Below are positions 37,811 through 50,760 of a DNA stretch of 64,000 bases, piece after piece. Made by a program: the position numbers and the translations under genes. Source of the stretch: Anthoceros angustus (taxonomy: Eukaryota; Plantae; Anthocerotophyta); NCBI GenBank assembly GCA_010909165.1, contig VJWM01000068.1, positions 1,426,001 through 1,490,000 of the forward strand, in the 5' to 3' direction. A model generated the notes under the pieces. That model did no database searches. It was given only the letters and a program-made list of their open reading frames with translations, and was not told the DNA's origin. Numbering within the stretch: the stretch's first letter is position 1; every line of letters begins with the position of its first letter.

Positions 37811-39497
37811 ATGGCTGTGGTGATGGAGCTGGGGAGCGGGGGGTGGCGGAGCAGGGGGAAGGAATTTGTGGTGCAGATGCACCACAGCAGCCACAGCAGC
37901 AGCAACAAGTCGGCGGATTCCAGCTCCACCTCGGGCGCCAGCGCCGAGGTGCTGGCCATGGCCGCAGCGCTGCCCGGGAAGAAGCGCGGCTGGGGGCAGG
38001 ACCTCCACAAGGCCGTGCAGCTCATGCTGGGCCAGGTCCAGGTCCCCGAGACCCTGGACCTGCTGGGCATCTCCAATGCGCGCCACCCGCACCACCAGCT
38101 GCCGCAGCAGCAGGCTGAGTTCCTGGAGCTGGACCCGAATTGGTCCGTGCCCGAGGGCTGGGAGAAGTGTCTCGACCTGCGGGTAAGATTTTCCATCCCC
38201 TTCATCGTCTTCTTCGTGTCGTGGCCACGGCCTCGCAGAAGCTTTGCAATGCCTGTTCAAGCAAGGAATTGACGGAAGCCATGGTGTTGTTGCGAGTGCA
38301 GTCCGGAGCAGTCTACTACCAGAACCGCAGCACCGGGGCCAAGACGTACGTGGATCCCCGGCAGCAGCATAGGCCGGCCCTGGCCACGCCCAGCTCGCGC
38401 GACGGGGATCCTGGAGCTCGGATTCCGCACCCGCCACGCCTGTGAATTTCCTCGCCGGCAGCAAGCCGGCTTCCTCCTCCCCGTCCCCTCGGGCGACAGA
38501 CGGCAGCCCCTCGGGCCTCTGCCTGGGCTCGTTAGTGTCGGCGGAGATGGCGGCGCCCGCCCCATGGGCGCTGGAGCACTGGGCTGCCGCGGCCAGGGGA
38601 TTCTCGGAGCGGATTCCGCAGCAGGAGCTTCTGCGCTTCAGGAACCCCGGCCACGGCCAGAAGCAGGGCTTGGACGACAACTCCGGCCTCGACCTCAAGC
38701 TCAGCAGCTGCACCGCGGAGCCCCGTTTCCTCAAGGACGACGGCAAGAGCGTGTGCACCATGGAGAAAGTCCGGGAGGCCTTGCTCCGCGACAAGAGACC
38801 GCCTCCTTCCCCTTCTCTTCCCCTTCCCCAGCAGCAGCAGCAGGGCGGTGCGCTGCCCTGGTCCAGATCCCCGCAGCCGCTGCTGAATCTGCGCTCTCCT
38901 CCAGCCTCGCCTTCGGATTCCTCTTCCTCCGCCTCCTCCTCGACCCCGCCCTCCGACGGGCCAGCAGCAGCACCAGCAGGGAGGAGGAAGCGAGGATCCG
39001 GGTCTCGCCCAGGTTCGCCCAAGACTGTGGCTGCGGCGTCCTGCTGCCACCGCGCCGGGTCCCCTTCCGGCCCCAATTGCGTCTCCTCCAGCAGCAACGT
39101 GTCCTCGTCCCCGAACCATCCCTCGTCCGGGAGCATCTGCCCGGTGGACTCCTCCTCCAACCTGGCCTGCTCCTCGACGCACATTTCGCCAAACCTGGCG
39201 TCGCTGAAGCTCTCTTCTCCGCTGCTGGGCGGGGGGTCTCCGTTCCGGGCCGACGTGGAGGGCTCCGGCGGGCACCACCAGGATCTCGGGCTGGGGCTGG
39301 CGTCGGGCGCCCCGTCGCCGCCGACCGTCACCCTCAAGTGCTGCAAGAACTGCCTCATCTACGTGATGCTGTCCAAGGCGGAGGTGCAGTGCCCAAGATG
39401 CCACAACTCCGGGCTGCTCGACTTTTCCTCTACTGCTCCAGGCGCATCCTCACTCCCTGCCACCAAGAAGCCCAAGCTGGAGGTGGTAGAGCTATGA
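37811..39497 (+). CDS. CFL1: CURLY FLAG LEAF 1-like WW-domain protein; one intron (38183-38301) and an apparent 1-nt frameshift near 38405
   Basis: VPEGWEKCLDLR|SGAVYYQNRSTGAKTYVDPR (WW domain), LDLKL, VCTMEKVREALLR and CKNCLIYVMLSKAEVQCPRC, the typical CFL1 architecture. Confidence 0.88.
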
Positions 39498-42400
39498 CAT
39501 GGGTGGCATCCTTAACCTTCTTCTTTACGTCTTTCACATTCATGTTTCAGGGTGTGACAAGACTCTCGTCAAGCAAGCTCAGGTCTTCGCTGCCCAGCAT
39601 CCAGCCAGCCAGCAGCAGCATGCAGGAGGACTTGTAGATATGCTATGCTATGCTGCTTATTTCTGGCTAGACATTGTGAGCACAACAGTTCGGTTCTCGT
39701 ACGCCAGCCGTATAATCAGGCCACTGCTGCCCTGCTGTGTGATGACCACTGCATCACTATTCTTTCTGTAATATTAGTGCTCTTGAGCTTCCTAGGATTG
39801 TGCTAGCCAGTGATGAACTCTGTACACAAGTGCACATAACGGGACATACCCACCATCACAACCTTGAGAGTCTCAGCAACGAAACAAACCAAGCTTGAAT
39901 CATCTTTCAATTTTCAGTTTCTGGCCCAAGGTTGTCTATCTTGCCGCTTGTTTTCAAAAGCAAACTTCAAATCCGAAGATGGACACCACCACTCGTACAT
40001 GTGTGTTTGCCTGCTCTGAGGAAGATCAAGCCTCGGCTCGTTTCGTGCCCGGCTTCCCTGGCTGTACAGTACACGCACAAGTGGTTCCAGGAGTTGATGA
40101 GTCATGCTCGCTCCACATTTATGGCCTTCACAGGTCAAGTGGTTGCGCTGGAACAAAATTTATATCCCCCTTTCCCCGCAATTCCATTCCCAACGGGTGC
40201 CCCTTTATTTCTCTTCTTCGTACACTGCATATACTGCTCCTGCAACAGCAACAGCAACAGCAACCTCCACTGCGCCATGCACTTGCCCCATCACACACTG
40301 TATCTACAGTATCAGTCAATCCCTCCGTTTCCTTTCGTCCGCTTTCCGTTCCAACAGACTACGATAATATATTTCTTCCACATGTACATTCCCAGCCCAT
40401 GAAATCATCCAAACACCGGAACAAAGCATCATCACCTCAACACAAACCCATCCACAGCAATCCACAACCCCCAAAGATGGTTCTCTATGCATACGAAACA
40501 TAGGAGCCTTAACAAGGGCATTTATGCCACACCTGACAGGCCGTTAGCACTGCACGTCTCCGGGGAGCCAAATGCATGCTCTCCCCGGGTTCCCTCCCGC
40601 AAATTCGTGTTCCGCCATTCCGGTGCAAGCAATGCAATTGGGGACGTTTATTAGACCGCTGCCTGCAGCATTCAAGTTTGAAAGCGCTATTCCTGGGCAG
40701 GCCGCGTGCAGGCCTCCAGGGGCATGACGACATGAGGCGCGTTCCATTGGCCACGCCCATGCCCCGGTCGCCGCCCGGCGGTCGCCCACCGGGAAATATA
40801 TGTACATAACATCGAATATTCTCACATTGTAGGCTCCACGTCCATCCCTCCCCCGGTGCCGCCGGATACACGTATCTGTACGCGCATACGCATACGCATA
40901 CGCATTTAAACGTCCGGGGGCCGCTTCGCGCACGCGACCACGTCGCTCCCCGCCACGTCACGCCGTCATTTACTCCTCAGTGGGAACGCCCTTAATTTAG
41001 GCCTTGACCGGTCAAGGCACGCAAGTTGAGTCCGATCGACCTCTATAGTCTATATATGCGCGAGACCTTCTCACTGTTCCCCTAACCCACGCGCCCTAAC
41101 CGGGTCGGTTTAACACGGGCGGGGCAACCATGACAGTCTGGCGGCGAGTTTAACTGGCGGTGTCTCCAAATTCGGCGGCTGCCGCGGGCGCTTCACGTGG
41201 CTCTCATCAGGCGGTTCCGCCGGCTCGTGGTTTAGCCAGGAGGAAGGTGAGCCATTTCGTGGCGTTAGGTTATTCAATAAGCGTGACAGCGTCTGACAGC
41301 GGCTGGTTGAATTGGCCCACATCGGGCATTGCCGGACGCGGTTCGTGTTCCTCATGTAAGCGTAACCCGGAATGGAGCTGATTTGTCAGCGTCGGTTGCA
41401 GGAGATTTGTCCGCTGCAAGGGAGATTAGCTGCCTGCCTGCCTGCCTAAGACTCTGCTCAAGAATGATGGGGTCGTGGAGGAGGGCGACTCGTCCCGCGA
41501 CGTCTCTCTCCCGGCTGCTGGCCGGTGTGTCTGTGACCTGGTCCTGTAGCCTGACTGGAGTTGGAACGGGCGGCGTTTAATGAAGGAAGCTCTGAACTTG
41601 AGATCTGGTGCGGAGCATCTGCAGGGGCTTGTCGTTTGCGAGGAGGTGGTTGCAGGATTTGGGGCTTTAGGTTTTGCGGTGTGTTTGTATATTAATGTAT
41701 GTCCACTGTATGTATTGCGTGTGCGTGTCGCAGCGGCAGCCAGCAGCCAGCAGCCAGCAGCAGTAGGAGCAGTAGGAGCAGTAGGAGCATGCCATGTCCG
41801 CCCTTGTCTCCAACTGCTTTTCAACGTGTGTCGCGGAAGTTGCAGATTTTTGTTGTAGGATTGCAGGTGGACATGACGTTTTTTCGGTGTGCAGACTTCG
41901 GCCTCCTTTCTTCCTAACACTGTGTTTATCTGTTCTGTGTACTCCAGCTTGTTATGCTGCTTCTGCTTATGTAGCTCGGGGTGGGCACTGGTGGGTGCCT
42001 CCGTCTGTGGTCAGTCAGGTCACCCTATATCTGAAACCACAGACAAGGCTACTGGCTAAAAATTGCCACCAGTGCTGTGGGCTTTTGGCTACGAATCTGA
42101 TCAGCTTGCTCAAAAACAACGCAGCAGGCAGACCATGTCCAGCCGTGGAAAGTGCAAAGGTCTTCGCCCGCAATGACATGTGCTTACGGATGGTGATGTC
42201 ATGCAAAAGACCAGAACGGCATGGTATATAGCAAGACCACATGTCGGGCTTCTTTCAGCAAATCAAATCTTCTGAGGAACAAGTGACACGACCCTGGGAA
42301 AGGGGAAAAGAGCCAGGTACTTAATCCGGCAGGTCTTGGATGCTTATAACCCAAAGGCCAGAGCACCATGGTTGCAAGAGTCAAGACTGTGCACATGTCG

Positions 42401-44276
42401 GGGCAAATCCACCGGGTGACAAGTGACAAAATCCTCAGAAAGGGGATGAGAGCCAGGTACATACACCATAAGGCAGGTCTTGGACGCTTATTTGCAAGAG
42501 AGACAAATGCAGCAAGCTGTCTGTATCAAGGGCGACCAAAACAGGTTTACTCTCACTCAATCTCTACCGCCCACAACACAGGATCCACAACCGGTGGCCA
42601 TACCCGTCTGACATCGACAAATAGGGTTACAAACATATCTACTCACAATCGTGAGCTGCACACCATCTACCGCCTTAAAAGTAGCTCACTGTCTGCATTG
42701 GAACTGCACCCGCTGGACGGTCTCCGGGTTTGAACTACTCTACAGCAAACTTTCTCCAAGAGGCGTGCCCCATTGATGACTGACCGTGCTCCTCCAACGC
42801 TGAAGATGTGGACTGACAGTCTACAGCTGCTAATGTTAGAAAGATTCTGGAAATGGCCAACTGCCCAAAGCGGTCTGCATGGAGGCTACTGGTTACTGGT
42901 TACTGGTTACTGCTACTGGTGGTACAATCGTGTGCAAGGCCCATTTTCCAAGTGCCCATGTCCCGGCCCCGGCTCCGGCGGCCCGTGCCGGGCCGGGCCG
43001 GCCCAGTCCAGACTCCAGACTTCCTCAGCCCAGACATATCTACAGTGCACACTGCACACTGCAGCCTTGCGAGTGCGAACCCCCAAAAATTGCGTCACAC
43101 TTGGCCGCACCACCCGCCCTGCAAAAGCATAAAAACTTATGGCACGCCAGACGCGGCTGGAAAATGGAAGAAGCAAGCTTGGTTTTCAGGCCAGCTTTTT
43201 GCGTTTTTGGGAAGCGCGGAAATACCTGACACCAAATGCAAAACCGGAGAATAGAAAATGCGAACGGGGCCGGGCCACCGAGGCGGGTGGGCTCGTTTCG
43301 CGTGCCCGTTGCTTGTTGCTTTTAAGACCCGGGCCCGCCCGTTCCGTCCCGTTGATTGCCACCATTTCTTGCCCTTAAACTATTCCAACCTTATCATTTC
43401 CGGCCCATTCAAAACCTGCCCTCATGGGCCGAGAATTATGAGGTCGTGCTGATTGCTCGACATCCCGAGGCCCAGCCGGCCTAAAGTCTACACTGGATCT
43501 TCCTCCACTACGCTACCATCCACTTGACCTTCTCCGTCCAATCACTCATTCCCCAATCTATTGACGTAAGTATTTTGTCCTTATCAGGCACACTCAAAAA
43601 GCATTTTGTCCTTTGATGGATTCATCTATCTTCCTTAACCCAATAAAAAAAAGTTCATCCAATGATTTCAATGGCATCTAAAATAATATACTAACTATAA
43701 TTAGTTATACTCTCTACATGCAACTACTGCCATCCAGGTTGGATTAGTTATTAACCTTATATCAAAATGCATACGATTTCACTATGCACAATATCATTGA
43801 GATTTATAATACTGGCGCACTTAAAAATACTATTCAAAAAAATTGATGACATGTCAAAAGTCAATGAAACATGATTCCTCGTAAATGCAGTATTATATAG
43901 TATATAATATTTAATTCTCCAAAAAAAAATTGTTGAACAACCAAGGACTTAATGGTCAATAAATCATTTTGAATCATTTTTCTTACTTGGCATATGTCAT
44001 AGTGCGAACGGTCAACTCCTTAGAGACACATTTTGTAAAAAAAATAGATGGTTTCAGTAACTTGTAAGACCTGAAAGTAGATGATCCGATGGTTTTAATA
44101 ACTTGTAAAACCCAAAAGTAGATGATCCATAGCAAGTAGCGGACTACCCACTAGTATATAAGAGTTAGTACTCCATGTATAATAGTCCATAAAGTTCCAC
44201 AACACATTGCGCTGGTATTGTCTAGCTATCATTACTTGTCCATACGAAAGCTTGTTCTACATCATCTTTCTGCGAC

Positions 44277-44738
44277 ATGGCCTTTGAAAATTGTACCCTT
44301 TGTATATTGGTCTTTCTTACTTTTTGTGCTTTCATCAATGTAAATGAAGCACAAACGCCAATCACTAAATTTGTGCAAGAAATATGTAGTGAGGAGCAAC
44401 TTCCCTCTACATGGGATGATGCGCTCAGAAGGCTTACAGCTAAAGCACTTGACTCTTATCCTCCAATGTTCTCAAAAGAGAACAGTGCATCAGGACTTGG
44501 ACAGGTGGTTGGCCCAAATGCAAATCCAAGAGATGATGACGTGCTTTACTATTCTGCCAAATGTTCTTACCTAGAACCAAATTTGGTAAATCCAGGCCAA
44601 TGTCGTACATGCCTTGAGAACATAATCAGAGACTATGTTTTTTCTCCCTCTAGAAAGAATTGTGTAAGGCCTTCTGATCATGCAGTTGCTCTCTTTGGAT
44701 GCATTTTTCATTATGCTAACTACCAAGTTGTACAATGA
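44277..44738 (+). CDS. Secreted single-domain Gnk2/DUF26-like cysteine-rich protein
   Basis: Signal-peptide-like N-terminus; TKFVQEICSEEQLP, YYSAKC...QCRTCLENII, C...GCIFHY follow the six-Cys pattern of ginkbilobin-2; intronless. Confidence 0.8.
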   Translation: MAFENCTLCILVFLTFCAFINVNEAQTPITKFVQEICSEEQLPSTWDDALRRLTAKALDSYPPMFSKENSASGLGQVVGPNANPRDDDVLYYSAKCSYLEPNLVNPGQCRTCLENIIRDYVFSPSRKNCVRPSDHAVALFGCIFHYANYQVVQ

Positions 44739-45048
44739 TTATATCCTAGGTAGAGTACTTTCCCACAAGCTCTAGACATTGACATTATGTTTTATTTCTC
44801 GTATTAATCTTATTACTTCAGTACTATTTTTAATTTTTTTTAATAATAAATAACTTATAAATCTAAAATCTTGTACTTAATATAAGATGGAGTAACCATG
44901 TACATACATAAAGTCATAGATTATTTATACATAAAATATATCAGCTTCGATTTATTCAACATCAAAATACTCATTTAAATTAGCTGGCAGCATAAGCTAA
45001 TTTCAATGAAAATGACGTGTGTATTTGTATTACTAATTATGTAGGGCG

Positions 45049-45180
45049 GTAGGTAGTTTTGAGAAAAGTGATCACGGGAGTTAGTCCCCCTTGGGTTGGT
45101 GCCCTTTGTTGGGTTGACCCCTTTTTTTTCGGTGTAGATGGTGTTTTTTCCATCTCTTTTCAGTCTTCCCCTCTATTAAT
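45049..45180 (+). mobile_element. Short 3'-tail fragment related to the RLE non-LTR element at 56399-56815
   Basis: Colinear shared words GTAGGTAGTT, GCCCTT..TTGGGTTG, GTAGATGG, CCATCTC and CTATTAAT with 56667-56787. Confidence 0.5.
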
Positions 45181-46684
45181 GCTTATGTTATATAACATAT
45201 ATTGAAAGTGAACTATCAATTTAAATACATCTATATTAGGAGGTGAAGATGCATTTTATATTGGAACCAGATAGGTAAAGATAGCTAAGTTTAACTTTGC
45301 AATTTGGTTGACTTAGGTCCTTTCTAACCGTTAAATTGCACAATACGCGGCAACACAAACTATACGCTCATACCTCATATTGCATTGCATTCATACCTCA
45401 TATTGCATTGCGTTCAGACAAAGATTGCATAAACTACATGCGTGCTAAGGGTAATCGTTGTGTTGTGTAATAAGCATGTTCTTGATCCGTCAATATTATT
45501 TGTCTTGTGTAGAGATGTAGCATTGGTGGGGGCAGCCTATTAGTGAATGAGTTGCAAATGATTTCTCGAATACGTTACTTCAAAAGCAAGGGTGTCGATA
45601 ACGAGTTAGTAGTCACCAGTTTGTTAGGCTTGTGGTCATCTTGGCTACCTAGAGATGTAGACCTTACTTTTGCCATAGTTTACGGTTCAAGGGATCCGTC
45701 TCGGATTTAGTATTTTAAAGTGTGTCATATTATGTTGAATGGGATAACCTAACCCTAAGTGACCGAGCGACTCAAAATGAGCTTTTTTCCTCATACATTA
45801 TCCAATGAGACATTGATGGGAAGGAGAAGAGCAAGCGGTAATTGTCATGGAGGCTGAAAAAAAGAACGATATTGTAGATGAGGACTGAAAAATAGTCGAT
45901 GCAAAAAAATCTGGAAAACAGCCCGGTCACCTATGGGCTAAGATCGCTTATATGCAACTAAAGGTCACCTAAGTGAAGAAATAAGTATCGAGCGGTATAT
46001 AAAGACAATTTAGGGAGCCATGGACACACGTTAGTCACGATATGCAATCAAGACAAACAGTTTTCTTCTATTATGACTGCGCAATAAGGTGGATGAAGCA
46101 TCACAAGACCTAACGCCCGTTCCTGTAGTTGCCCTCACCCTCCGAAGCAGTTCCAGCACCTTCTTCAGTGGAGGCACAAGACACTTTTCGTTTCCGACGC
46201 CTGCAGTCATTGCCGTTTCCTCCTCAGCAGGCAAATTGGCTGGGAATGACTTACTCCAATTGAGGCTATCCATTAGACTAATTCTATATCCGCCCAAATA
46301 TGCGTATGCTCCGATGGTGTGCCATTCATCCCAACTTTCTCCTTCCTCTGTAGAAGGCTTGGAGGCGCGCTTGGTTTTCTGTTTTCCTTGCTTCTCTTAG
46401 TCTGCTCAATTGCCGTCGCACAACCATACTCGCGTCCGCTGCTAGTCTTCATAATGAGGTGCGTTACGAGTTGGATGATGGTAAAGGAAGCAAGTTCAAG
46501 CTTGATAAAGGAGGTAGCCAAATGGATTGCCATGCTACTAGCTGGGCGGCGTGCGAGTTCATGAGCGTAGTCGGTTACGTAGATCTTAGATCATGAAGTC
46601 CACATGACAAGATTGGATATATACTATACCACTTGACACATGGATGTAACCCATTTACAATGTTCAAAATGTAATTTACAACCC

Positions 46685-47030
46685 ATGGCATTGTAAAGCA
46701 CATTTTGAACGTTGTAATATATGCCTTGAGACGTATCACAAAGGTACTTCCATAATCCTATAAACATATCTTGGATACACACCCTTGGATACATACGCTT
46801 GGATACACACCTTTGGATACATACGCTTGGATACACATCCTTGGGTACGTACGCTTGGATACACACCCTTGGATATATACGTTTGGATACATGCACTTGG
46901 ATACATATCCTTGGATTCATACTCTTGGATACATACTATAGTGGCACACTCCACGGGAGACAAGGAGGCGCGCAGCCTTACAATGCCATGCATTGTAAAG
47001 CACATTTTGGACGTTATAATATGTGCCATA
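46685..47030. repeat. 14-bp minisatellite (TTGGATACAYACSC, about 12 units) between two ~42-bp direct repeats
   Basis: Array at ~46770-46935; GCATTGTAAAGCACATTTTG.ACGTT.TAATAT.TGCC at ~46688 and ~46989. Confidence 0.85.
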
Positions 47031-48958
47031 GAAATTAGTATACCATATCCGTATGTTAATTAATCGGCACACATATGTGGCATCTGGCGCACCGTATGCT
47101 CAGCCAGATAGGGGATGGGGCTGACCGTGGCGCTCGCACGCAAGGCATCAAGCTCATTGTGGGGCTCGCCAAGCAGTGAATTGGGCTCCAGGTTACCCAC
47201 CACATTAATCTCATCAATGTCTTTAAGCGATATGCTTGGATGATGAGAATCGTGAATTCTCCCACACACATACTCGTAGGCAAAAACCCACTCCCACAAT
47301 GGCAAGCGTAATGGCTAAAAGGCTCACAACCAACCGAATGCATTGCCACACATTGGACACCCAGTTACATGTGGCCTCTATCAGTTCTGATACATCAAGT
47401 CAGATATCTCTCATCAGCGTGTTTTTTATTATGGTCCGGATGCACATATCCCATACAAATTGCACTTAGACATGAGTGTGGAAAATATGATTTGCTAATA
47501 GATCTATAACTAAATATTGTAGACTGATTATCGCGGAGTTCTAGAGTGGTAGGAGTTGATTGCTGCAAAGGAAGTCCATTTAAGAATTAGCAAACCAACG
47601 TAATCACCGTCAAGTCAACAAATAGGAATATAGTGCCTTTTCCTAGATTGAACATATCATGCTCAATTTGAGGTTGATTAATTAGATATTGTTAAGTACT
47701 TAGACTCATTGCGTTCTGCTCACTTGTGACACATTCTTGTCGTGACTACTCTTTAGTCACAAACATAACCTGCTCTCCTCCATGCTCCAAGTTCGAGATC
47801 TGTAGATGGCGGCTTCCTTTCAAAGAGTGATTGGATGGACTCCTCTAAAATGTGTTGCTTAGATGGACTCTTTTCTTTTAGACTAATTATTTTATTGATC
47901 TAATATGTATATCATTATTTAAAATAAATATATTAGATTCTAGTATTTCAAACACGTTGTATATTAGAACAATAGAAATGTGATATAATATTTTTTTTTT
48001 CAAATTGTCACTATGTATATAGGAGTTCTTTACTATGTAGTGATGTGTTTTTCCAAGATTTCTTTGGAGTTAGAATTGCTTCACATTTTGGCTAGATTTA
48101 CATTAGATAGAGAAGTTCTAGCTTCAAGAAGAGTCTAGCAAAAGTCGCATTCCTAGTCTACAAGAGACTTATGCATAGATTAAAATTCATTGAGTATGAA
48201 ATAAGGAACATGGCATACACATATGTATCCCTTCTGAAAGAAAAGATGTAGATGCTATTTGTAGAAAGGCCAAAAAGGTATCAATGTTTTTAAAATTGTT
48301 GCCGCCCATATGAAGGCACATACACAAATATATTGTTAGGATGACTTTGCTATTATGTTGGCTACAATTTTAGCAATAATTATAAGGTGTTGTTACAATA
48401 ATGCCACAAATTGGACCAAAGATTGGATCCAATCCGATTCAAAGATCTGCACATGCACATAACACACAAACAACTTTATCATATTCTTCTTATGTCTGTA
48501 ATGACTAATGCAAAAATTTAACTGATTAATATTAAAAAAATAAAATTCATCTATATAATATTTAAAAGTGGAGGAGTTAATCTTGTTTAGCTTTGATGAG
48601 ACACTTCATGTAAGCTAATTTTATACTCATTAATGCATTATAGATACTGCATTATGATCGATGTCTCTAAACCACATTCTTTATGGAGTTCATTAAGCAC
48701 ATCAGCATGCACATGCTGCCAGTTTGCTAGTCGTGCGCCCTCCTCTAACACATGTGGCATGCCCATCTGCAGAGGGCCATCGTAAACCTCAAGTCATAGC
48801 TGGGACAAAATAGGAGCATCAGAACTGGCTGTGCTGGGGCACGTACACACGAGACTCCGAGACTTGGAGAGGAACAACAGCTCCTTGTCTGTTAGCATTA
48901 GTTTCCTAGCGTGGTGTCTTGAAGTCGTGCAATGCACTTGAAGTTCGGTGTCACTAAT

Positions 48959-48969
48959 AACCCATATTG
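48959..48969 (+). promoter_or_regulatory. Putative snRNA upstream sequence element (USE)
   Basis: AACCCATATTG, 8/11 match to the plant USE RTCCCACATCG, 70 nt upstream of the U1 start. Confidence 0.5.
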
Positions 48970-49028
48970 CTCACGTTGCCGTGGTGTCCAAGAAAATGCT
49001 ACATTATCCCGAGAGGAGGATGAGGAAC

Positions 49029-49188
49029 ATACTTACCTGGGCGGGGCCTATCGGTGATCATGAAGGCCGATGACCTGGGGTGGACTCCGCCATTGCACCT
49101 CGGCCGGGTCTGCTCCACTATCTACCTACGGGTAGAATAGACGTCATAATTTGTGGCAGCGGGGGCTCGCGTACGCGCGGCCCCCACC
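49029..49188 (+). ncRNA. U1: U1 spliceosomal snRNA
   Basis: 5' ATACTTACCTGG; SL1 loop GATCATGAAG (U1-70K site); SL2 loop ATTGCAC (U1A site); Sm site AATTTGTGG; terminal GC hairpin with TACG loop; about 160 nt. Confidence 0.96.
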
Positions 49189-49497
49189 CTAATGAATCTC
49201 AAGTTGGATTCGGTCTTCATCTCTGTCGTGCAGGTCATCACTTGCGAATTCAGCGAAACACTCGTCGCATCAGCTTCACCTTTTGTTGCATGTTGCGAGG
49301 CCAACGTGCCGTTGATGTTTCTTCCCGAGGTTCCTTCAGGACGAGGGTTAGACCTCGGATGACATCCATCTAGCCATCGGTGGTGGAAAGGCAGAGATGA
49401 GAACTTTTTTGATTGATGCTTTGGACGTATGTATTGAGATCGTTCAAATTGTTCATAAAAATGTAACTTCCGGCTGAAAAGGGTGAAATTCCCTTAC

Positions 49498-50522
49498 TCA
49501 CAACTTCGCTACCTCCTTCTCAGAGTCTCGGGCCAGATCCAGCACTAGCACGCTTTCAACGTGGGGCTTCAGTTCCTCCTCCACCAACTGCAGCTGGGTC
49601 GGATGGGAACTGAACTCCTCCAAGGCCGCGACCGAGCGGAATTTTACCAGGAATCCCCACTCATAGCCTTGCGCACGAGTTGAGAAATTGGAACCAGTAC
49701 TGATTTCGGAGACGAGGGCCGGGAACGATGCTTTCAACTTGCTGACCGCCTCGAGCACAGCAGCATAATCGTCTGCCTTGAACCCCTCCTTGGGCTTGAG
49801 CAGCACAATGCGGACAGCACCAAGTTCCTCTGGAGGGAGAGACCCGACCGGGGTAGTCTCCCAGTCGAAGGCTATGATGTTGTCGGAGAGGGGTAGCACA
49901 AACTTGGCCACCACATCCTTGTGTTGCGGATGCACCTGGTACGTATCCAAGCCAGCCTTGTCCCGGTACCGGCTGTGCAGAGCATGAGTGAACCCTGAGG
50001 GCACGGATTTCAGCAACGGACCTGCATTCAGCTCCAACACCACATCTAACGCCCGCAAGCCTCGCAAAGCTCCAACCAGGGCCTCGGATTTCTCTGCGGG
50101 AGTGCCTTCCTTCACCTTCAACAAAACAACATGGTCCACAGCCGTGACCGTGGCCGTGGCCGTGGACGCGCCAGCTGAGGCCATGGCTGCCAGGGACCCA
50201 CTCCGCCTCTGGAGAGGGGTTACCAGGCCTATGGCAACCCTGATGGCGTTCTGCGACGAAGGCGTGCTACACCAGCTCAACCTTTCCACGCTGCCCTGTC
50301 CTGAACCTCGGAGATGCAGTTCAATCAGCACAGAGTTGCCGTCTGCTGCAGAGTGCAGACCCAATTCCAGCGATGCAAGAGCGTGAAGCGGCAAAGACAA
50401 GGGCAGCACAAACAAAAAAACTCAAACTCCTCTGCCCATTGTGGAGACAAACCTGTGCAGGGAGCAGCTAGAGCTCGGGAATGGTAGCAGGACGCGGAGA
50501 GGCGGCTGATGCAACCCAACAT
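49498..50522 (-). CDS. Stress-responsive A/B barrel (two Dabb domains) protein with likely plastid transit peptide, 2 exons
   Basis: Exon 50522-50453 joined to exon 50345-49498; VDHVVLLKVK, GFTHALHSRY, YQVHPQH, GSNFSTRAQGYEWG, FSSHPTQ. Confidence 0.88.
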
Positions 50523-50760
50523 GTCTCGCTTCCGCGACTTCCTTGCCTTTCCTGGCCGCGCATGGACAGTCTCTAACGCACAACCACGGACAGGACATGC
50601 AGTACCGGCAACCTAATTCTCCCCACACAAATTGCGCCGGCCGGAGCAGCAGGCACCAGACATAACTGGGTATCTCCGGTTGCCATTCAAGCTAGGCTGC
50701 AAGTCCGGAAATCTAACGAAAACACTGCAAACAGTGTGACGGAGTTTGGAGGGACGAGAG

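Noticed and set aside
37268-39404. 696-aa and 290-aa minus-strand ORFs
   Set aside because: Antisense shadows of the GC-rich CFL1 coding region and its leader repeats; no motifs.
44169-44894. TACTCCAT...ATGGAGTA Stowaway-like inverted ends around the first Gnk2-like gene
   Set aside because: Only 8 bp match and similarity collapses beyond that, which is compatible with chance in AT-rich DNA.
46031-47470. Short ORFs around the 14-bp array (an IRTDRG word suggests integrase)
   Set aside because: A single short word amid stops is insufficient for a call.
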